In this document: in pieces, positions 58,233 to 64,000 of the stretch
How positions within the stretch are numbered: the first letter of the stretch is position 1
Layout: each line of letters begins with the position of its first letter
NCBI GenBank assembly: GCA_031291825.1
Contig: JARLIG010000009.1
Span: 983-64,982, forward strand
Source: Minisyncoccota bacterium
GTDB lineage: Bacteria > Patescibacteriota > Minisyncoccia > Phycocordibacterales > UBA9973
DNA: 64,000 nt
Direction of reading: 5' to 3'
The notes under the pieces: model-generated
The model's input: the letters and a program-made list of their open reading frames with translations, nothing else
What the model was told of the DNA's origin: nothing
The model's database searches: none
Program-made: the position numbers and the translations under genes

Positions 58233-58913
58233 ATGGGATTTTTAAACACCATATTAGACAGCATATTGGATATAGTTTTTCCGACTAAGTGTATCTTCTG
58301 CGGTAAAAAGAATGCGGACTTGTGTAGAGAGTGTTTAATCGACATACCCAACGCCGAACGTGAAAGTGCTAAATGGATTTTCCCGCTCTATGACTACCGT
58401 AATCCAATTATTAAAAAATCTTTATGGATGCTTAAGTATAATGGGAAGAGACGCTTGGCAAAAATTTTTGCAGCACAAATTTATGAGAATATGATGGAAG
58501 AATTGTCCGAGCTAGCTATTTTGGAAAATTTTCACGATATAATTATTATACCTATTCCCCTTTCCAACAAAAGATACCGTGAACGCGGATTCAATCAAGC
58601 ACAATTAATTTGTGAGGAATTAATAAAAATTAATGGCTCGCGAAAAGCTCTTGCTTTTAAATTAGAAAATAATATTTTAATCAAACCGAAAGAAACCGAG
58701 CACCAAGCACGCATTAAAGATAGAAACCTAAGACTAAAAAATATTATTGGCTCCTTCGCTATAAAAAATACTGAGGCGACGGAGTTGATAAAGAATAAAA
58801 ATATAATTTTAATCGATGACGTTACTACCACGGGCGCAACCCTAGCTGAAGCTAAAAAAATTCTAAGACAATCCGGTGCGCGAAAAGTTATCGCGTTCAC
58901 AGTAGCACACTAA
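58233..58913 (+). CDS. comF: ComF family amidophosphoribosyltransferase-like competence protein
   Basis: FP..C..C, RGFNQA, LIDDVTTTGAT. Confidence 0.92.
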   Translation: MGFLNTILDSILDIVFPTKCIFCGKKNADLCRECLIDIPNAERESAKWIFPLYDYRNPIIKKSLWMLKYNGKRRLAKIFAAQIYENMMEELSELAILENFHDIIIIPIPLSNKRYRERGFNQAQLICEELIKINGSRKALAFKLENNILIKPKETEHQARIKDRNLRLKNIIGSFAIKNTEATELIKNKNIILIDDVTTTGATLAEAKKILRQSGARKVIAFTVAH

Positions 58914-61294
58914 GCCAGCTTTCTTAAGAAGAACTTTTTTACCAAGAAATATTGCACAGCAATAAATATCAAGATTAGGAGTAATGCTCCACCGATAAAT
59001 CTAACCGGTGGATACGGAATTGTGATATTAAAAAAGTTTATCAAGAAAGGAACTTGCAGCGCTAAATAAAATACCAATAATTCAAATACTCCCAAATAGA
59101 GAAGTTGCTTCTTTTCTTTGGTGGTAATCGAACCACAGTATACATTTGTAGCAAAAAGTAAAAAGAAAAATCCAAAAATAATTAGAGCCAGTCCGACTAA
59201 AGTATTAGATGCAGCAACTTTTAAATATTCAGGACTAAAGGCAAAAACCAGTGCTGCCCCAACGGCCTCCACTACTCCACAAGCAAAAACTACTGGTAAA
59301 ACCCTTCTTAAAAAAGGCTTGTCGTTGGCAGGTAGTATTTTCCCCGAAGGGCGCAAGGCCCAATAAGAAATAAGGATGGTAGAAAATCCAACTGTGAAAT
59401 AGTTCATAAAAGTAATATTAAGCGGAGTGAATGGAAAAGAATATCCAAAAATACTTAAAATAATAAACAGAAATAATCCCGCAATACTTTGGTTGATATA
59501 AATACCTGAGCTGATTTCAATGCTACGAATAAAATGGTCTGCTAGCTCGACCGCTCCAGGTAAATCGGAAAAACTGTTCGTCATTAAGATAACATCCGCT
59601 AGTTGCCTAGTTACCGGCACACCATCAAACATCGCTATGCCAATGTCAGACTTTTTCATTGCCAAAGCATCATTAACTCCGTCTCCCACCATTGCCGTAA
59701 ATCCATCCTTTTTAAAAGCTTCCACTAGTTTCACTTTGTGTTCAGGTAAAACTTGCGCAAAGACAGTATACTTTTTGGCGCGCTCTCTAAAATCATCTTG
59801 ACTCCAAGTATCTAGTTCTTGCCCAGTCACTACATCATCTGCTCCATTTATTCCGACACTTTTTGCGACCGCAGCCACCGTTTTTAAATTATCACCAGAA
59901 AGAACACGTATGGTTATTCCTCTGTCCTGAAAAAATTTAATTGCGTCTTGTATTCCCTCTCGCAAGGTATTATGAAAAATAAAAATAGCAATGATCGAAA
60001 GATGTAACCCTTTTAAATCTTTAGGCAAACCAGATTCACTCGAGCGAGCGACACACAATACACGTTTTCCCAGTTGTGAATTTTCCTCGACGATATTTTC
60101 TAGCCATTTTTTTTCCACTGTATTAGAAACCTCTCCGAGCATGATATCTGGAGCGCCAATAAAGACCGATTGTAAAATATCTTTTTCTTTTATTTCTATG
60201 CCTCCAAAGCGACGCCAAGAAGAAAAAGACATCTTTTGAGTAACTTCTATTTTTTCTAAGTCTTGATTGTTGTTTTTATTTTCCAAATATTTTTTGACTG
60301 CCAAAATTGTTTCCGAAGAGTCGCTCAAGCTTGAAATACATAAAGAAGTAAGCATTCGAGCATATTCTTCGTTAAAGCCTTGCACTACGTGCATATCTTC
60401 GACTACCAGTTTATTGTCGGTCAACGTCCCTGTTTTATCAATGCAGATATTTTTTATTCTGCCTAATTTTTCTGTCGCATTTATTTCTTGAAAAAGAACA
60501 TTGCGTCGGGCATACGAAGCTGCGCCAATAGCGAACAACAAAGTTATAGCCACCGCGAGCCCTTGCGGCACAATTGTACTGGCTAAGGCTCCAGAAGAAG
60601 TAACTATCTCTAAACGCGGTATGTGCATTAAAATTCCCCGCACTACCACGAACACCAAAACCGCAATCAAGATATAGCCAGAATCTTTTATAACAATATT
60701 GGTCGCTTCTTGGATAGAACTTAAGTTGGTGGAATATTTTTTTACTTCCCCGGCAATTTTAGAAAGCCGACTGTCACGGAAAAGTCCTTGCGCTTCCATC
60801 ACGGCATCACCTGAAGTGATGATTGCTCCAGCGACAATTTTGTCATTTTCTTTCTTGGGAAAAGAATCTGACTCGCCAGTAATCAGCGCTTCGGATATTT
60901 CTAAATTATTGGAAGAGATTAAAACTCCATCACACGGCACTTGGTCGCCCAATTTTAATTTCAATAAATCACCTTTTACTATTTCTTCCGCTGGTACAAG
61001 TGTTTCGGTTGGACTTGTCCTGAGCGTAGTCGAAGGATTGATGCGTACCACTTTGAGAGCCGTCAACATCTGTAGTTTTTCCAAAAGCACTCGCGCGTGA
61101 ATATCTTGCGCAGTCGCAATAAAAGTATTCAATAAAAATATTACGCCTAAAAATAAACCCGCCTCAGGATTACCAAAAGCAAAAAGCAAAACCACCACAC
61201 AGAAAATAATTCCGTTGACTAAAACAAAAAAATTACGAAAAACAATCGGCCCGACAGAGGGCAACACTCGTCTGTAAAGTTCAAAATTCCGCAT
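58910..61294 (-). CDS. P-type ATPase (CtpE-like)
   Basis: TGES, DKTGTLT, SGDN, GDGVND; TM4 reads VPQGL. Confidence 0.92.
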   Translation of the reverse strand: MRNFELYRRVLPSVGPIVFRNFFVLVNGIIFCVVVLLFAFGNPEAGLFLGVIFLLNTFIATAQDIHARVLLEKLQMLTALKVVRINPSTTLRTSPTETLVPAEEIVKGDLLKLKLGDQVPCDGVLISSNNLEISEALITGESDSFPKKENDKIVAGAIITSGDAVMEAQGLFRDSRLSKIAGEVKKYSTNLSSIQEATNIVIKDSGYILIAVLVFVVVRGILMHIPRLEIVTSSGALASTIVPQGLAVAITLLFAIGAASYARRNVLFQEINATEKLGRIKNICIDKTGTLTDNKLVVEDMHVVQGFNEEYARMLTSLCISSLSDSSETILAVKKYLENKNNNQDLEKIEVTQKMSFSSWRRFGGIEIKEKDILQSVFIGAPDIMLGEVSNTVEKKWLENIVEENSQLGKRVLCVARSSESGLPKDLKGLHLSIIAIFIFHNTLREGIQDAIKFFQDRGITIRVLSGDNLKTVAAVAKSVGINGADDVVTGQELDTWSQDDFRERAKKYTVFAQVLPEHKVKLVEAFKKDGFTAMVGDGVNDALAMKKSDIGIAMFDGVPVTRQLADVILMTNSFSDLPGAVELADHFIRSIEISSGIYINQSIAGLFLFIILSIFGYSFPFTPLNITFMNYFTVGFSTILISYWALRPSGKILPANDKPFLRRVLPVVFACGVVEAVGAALVFAFSPEYLKVAASNTLVGLALIIFGFFFLLFATNVYCGSITTKEKKQLLYLGVFELLVFYLALQVPFLINFFNITIPYPPVRFIGGALLLILIFIAVQYFLVKKFFLRKLA
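61014..61037 (-). repeat. Family R3 mini-repeat in frame in the P-type ATPase
   Basis: tccttcgactacgctcaggacaag encodes PSTTLRTS. Confidence 0.7.
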
Positions 61295-61441
61295 AGTTCA
61301 TTATAACAGTAAAAAGTTTTTATAAAAAAGGCAAAATGAAAACCCTGACATGCGTTTCCACTTGTTCAGGGTTTGGGCAAAGCATTCATTACACTTTGCC
61401 CGATGCGCTAGATTTTTTCGGTCCCTAGCTAGACCGGTTGG

Positions 61442-61990
61442 TTACTCATCCAGCTGTTTCATCTCATTGAGGTGAAACCCCAACGCATGGTAATTTCTCT
61501 GGTCGAGCCGATGCGTTAAGGTGTCATACACCACCAACCCAGCCCAGAGTAAAACAAGAAGAACAGTAGAGACCTTTTCCGGCAAGGTACCATTCAAGTA
61601 AATTATTGGGACTAGAGTGAGTCCCAAGTAACACAGCAACGGTGCTATTACCAGATGGTGGTAGCGGTCTGCCCACTGCTGAGGATGGTCTAACTGAAAC
61701 CAAACGAGACCAAGCAACGTGGCAATCGCAATGGCACAATCTTGATACTCAACACTATGCACCAATCCCGGCAAGAAAAACGGCCCGCGCTGAACGATAC
61801 CGGCTACCAGCAAAGCGACAACGATGAGTCCGCCGTCGCCGACCACCGCAGAGTAGGAGGTGTTGTAGTAAAGTCCTTCGCAGCGATCACGAAGAACAAA
61901 CAACGGCAGAAATGTCACTGCGTACATGAGAAGTCCCGTCATCCATATCGGCAATGTTGCGAACAACCAGTAAATTCCTTGTGCATGCAT
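61442..61990 (-). CDS. Multi-TM hypothetical membrane protein
   Basis: About 5 TM helices, AAGGAG SD, own TTGACA-17-TATATT promoter, three 3' hairpins. Confidence 0.75.
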   Translation of the reverse strand: MHAQGIYWLFATLPIWMTGLLMYAVTFLPLFVLRDRCEGLYYNTSYSAVVGDGGLIVVALLVAGIVQRGPFFLPGLVHSVEYQDCAIAIATLLGLVWFQLDHPQQWADRYHHLVIAPLLCYLGLTLVPIIYLNGTLPEKVSTVLLVLLWAGLVVYDTLTHRLDQRNYHALGFHLNEMKQLDE

Positions 61991-62140
61991 AAGGTCTCCT
62001 TAAAGACATGTTGTGAGCAAGGTTTCCCTCGCTCGGTTGAAGTTGAAAAAGAACATCCAAAGTCATTCATAATATAGCAGAAAATACATTATTTGTCAAT
62101 AGCAGGAAAAAGCTGAAAATACCCTATAATAGTTAAATAT

Positions 62141-62710
62141 ATGATTCATTTACTGCTGACGTATAGATATTTAATTTTAATCCCGATTGCTATTATTGAA
62201 GGCCCGATACTTACAGTCATCTGCGGATTTTTAGTGACTTTAAAAGTTTTCAATCCCCTTTGGGTTTATGTGATAGTGGTCTTGGGTGACATCGTTGGCG
62301 ATGGTGGCATTTATTATATCGGCTATGAAGGCAAAAGATTTTTGAAATACTTCGGTGTGACTGAAGAAAAATTGGAGAAAGCAAAATTATATTTTCAAGA
62401 CAACCACAAAAAAGCGATTGCGATGAGTAAGCTCGTGCATGGCATCGGCTTCACTGGACTGGTGGCCGCGGGAGCTCTGCATGTACCTTATAAAAAATAT
62501 TTCAAAACTTGTGCTCTGATTTCCATTTTTCAATCATTGATTTTATTAATCATCGGAATATTATTCGGTCATGCTTACACCCAAATCGGAAAGTACTTAA
62601 ATTATTACGCGGCAGGAGTGAGTGTTTTGGGGTTAATTGTTTTGTTGATTATTGTTATGAAAAAATATAAAGTGAACATTGTGACAATTCCACCAAGTGA
62701 TAAAAACTAA
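62141..62710 (+). CDS. DedA/VTT family membrane protein
   Basis: IEGP, GDIVGD..Y.IG, SKLVHG. Confidence 0.88.
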   Translation: MIHLLLTYRYLILIPIAIIEGPILTVICGFLVTLKVFNPLWVYVIVVLGDIVGDGGIYYIGYEGKRFLKYFGVTEEKLEKAKLYFQDNHKKAIAMSKLVHGIGFTGLVAAGALHVPYKKYFKTCALISIFQSLILLIIGILFGHAYTQIGKYLNYYAAGVSVLGLIVLLIIVMKKYKVNIVTIPPSDKN

Positions 62711-63914
62711 AATGTCCCTAGAACCAAAAAATAAACTAAACATCGCCATGATTTGCGACCCAATCGGCAGTAATAAATCCGGTGTCGTCGTTTCTACTTT
62801 GCGTTTTTCAAAATTACTCAAGGAACGTGGACACCATGTTATTTTTATTGCCGCGAGTTCGGAAGAACACAGAAAAAATGATTTCTTTGAAGGAATAAAG
62901 GTTTATCACTATCGCAGTCTACCTATTCCAAAATCTGATGGCTGGCGACTGGCTTTCCCGACTGTTAATGAACTAAAAAAAGTTTTCCAAGTAGAAAAGA
63001 TAGATGTAATACATATCATTCTGCCGATGTCCGGAGCCATCGTCGCCATTAAGGCCGCGCGAGCGCTTGGTATTAAAATTGTCGCGCATTCGCACTCACA
63101 ACCGGAAAATTTGTTTGCTGATATGCCAAAATTTATCCAGCCAACCTTAAATAATTTATGGAATAAATATTTAATGTGGGTTTACTCCAAAGCGGAGTCA
63201 ATAATTTACCCATCGGAAATGGCTAAAGAATTACTACATAAATTGAATAAAAAGGATCAACCTTATACCGTTATTAGTAATGGAATAAATTTAAAACATT
63301 TTCAAAAGATGGAAGTCGGCGATTTTTATGAGCGATTTAAAATACCAAATGATAAAATAAAATTATTATTTGTCGGACGATTGTTTCCAGAAAAATCGGT
63401 GGATACACTCATTCGGGCAATGCCTTTTGTCCTGAGAAAGAATGAAAATGTGCATTTGATGCTTGTGGGCGGTGGAATCTTGAGAAATAAATTAGAAAAA
63501 TTAGTGGAAACTCTTAAAATGGGTAAACATATTACATTTTTAGGATTGGTTAGCGAAGAAGATAAAATTTTGGCTTTCAATGCCTGTGATATATTCGTTC
63601 TTCCCTCTTTGGCAGAACTCGAAGGAATGGTGGTGCTCGAAGCGATGGCTTGCGGAAAGCCAATTATTATTTCCGATACGGAGATGAGCGCATCGAGATT
63701 TTTTGTAAACGGTAATGGATTTTTATTTAAAACCCTAAACCCGGAGAGTCTGGCCGAGCAAACATTGAAGTTGGTAAATGATGAAGATTTACGAAAAAAA
63801 ATGGGCGAAGTAAGTTTTCAAAATGTTCAAAATTATGATATTCATAAAAGTGTGGAAATGTTGGAAGACGTTTATTATCAAGCGTTAAAGGGTCCAGACG
63901 TTGGACATCTATAG
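62697..63914 (+). CDS. GT4 glycosyltransferase (glycolipid synthase-like)
   Basis: SGVVVS, HSH, ISNGI, VGRL..EK, ELEGMVVLEAMACG. Confidence 0.9.
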   Translation: MIKTKMSLEPKNKLNIAMICDPIGSNKSGVVVSTLRFSKLLKERGHHVIFIAASSEEHRKNDFFEGIKVYHYRSLPIPKSDGWRLAFPTVNELKKVFQVEKIDVIHIILPMSGAIVAIKAARALGIKIVAHSHSQPENLFADMPKFIQPTLNNLWNKYLMWVYSKAESIIYPSEMAKELLHKLNKKDQPYTVISNGINLKHFQKMEVGDFYERFKIPNDKIKLLFVGRLFPEKSVDTLIRAMPFVLRKNENVHLMLVGGGILRNKLEKLVETLKMGKHITFLGLVSEEDKILAFNACDIFVLPSLAELEGMVVLEAMACGKPIIISDTEMSASRFFVNGNGFLFKTLNPESLAEQTLKLVNDEDLRKKMGEVSFQNVQNYDIHKSVEMLEDVYYQALKGPDVGHL

Positions 63915-63937
63915 AACAGGTGTACAACGTCTGGACC
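63891..63937. repeat. Family R5 palindrome, copy 2 (supplies the GT4 C-terminus and stop)
   Basis: ggtccagacgttggacatctatagaacaggtgtacaacgtctggacc. Confidence 0.8.
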
Positions 63938-63950
63938 TCTAATAAAAATT

Positions 63951-64000
63951 ATGCAAGAACATTATTTAGATAATGACAGAATTTATTACCGCACCAACGA
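63951..64000 (+). CDS. Start of next gene (truncated)
   Basis: MQEHYLDNDRIYYRTN..., open to the window end. Confidence 0.5.
   Translation, partial: MQEHYLDNDRIYYRTN

Overview
AT-rich bacterial chromosome segment, mostly minus-strand genes, standard genetic code 11. Gene content fits Patescibacteria/CPR (Parcubacteria-like; inferred from streamlined PheS/PheT/ThrS, a short SMC, a NusB-NUDIX fusion and a full type IV pilus locus). It carries rpoD-dnaG, rpoBC, rpsP-khpA-trmD, rnr, smc, rnc, nusB, rpmF, thrS, gyrB, pheST, trhO, a UvrD-nuclease, tRNA-Ser(GGA), ligA, a pil operon, comF, a P-type ATPase, glycosyltransferases and a DUF2156-speD-EamA-sensor kinase block. No CRISPR array, rRNA, integrase or transposase was recognised. 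Four signals stand out. (1) An orphan PemK/MazF toxin immediately after rpoC faces a near-consensus sigma70 promoter that can only make a ~50-nt two-hairpin RNA, a candidate RNA-antitoxin system. (2) A family of 72-90 bp palindromic elements with a conserved, covarying GGAAGGTTCC-NNCC-GNA-GGNN-GGAGTAA core sits in frame in pheT, pheS and ligA (3 copies), with site-specific arms that may be copied from host sequence. (3) A DUF559 nuclease gene is bracketed by four REP-like repeats, and several other small repeat families are translated inside proteins, notably pilin leader peptides. (4) Other features are a hinge-less SMC with a Rad50-like CxxC, an rpoB leader whose 5' end pairs with the start region, and unannotated small ORFs. 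All calls were made by eye; no database searches were run.
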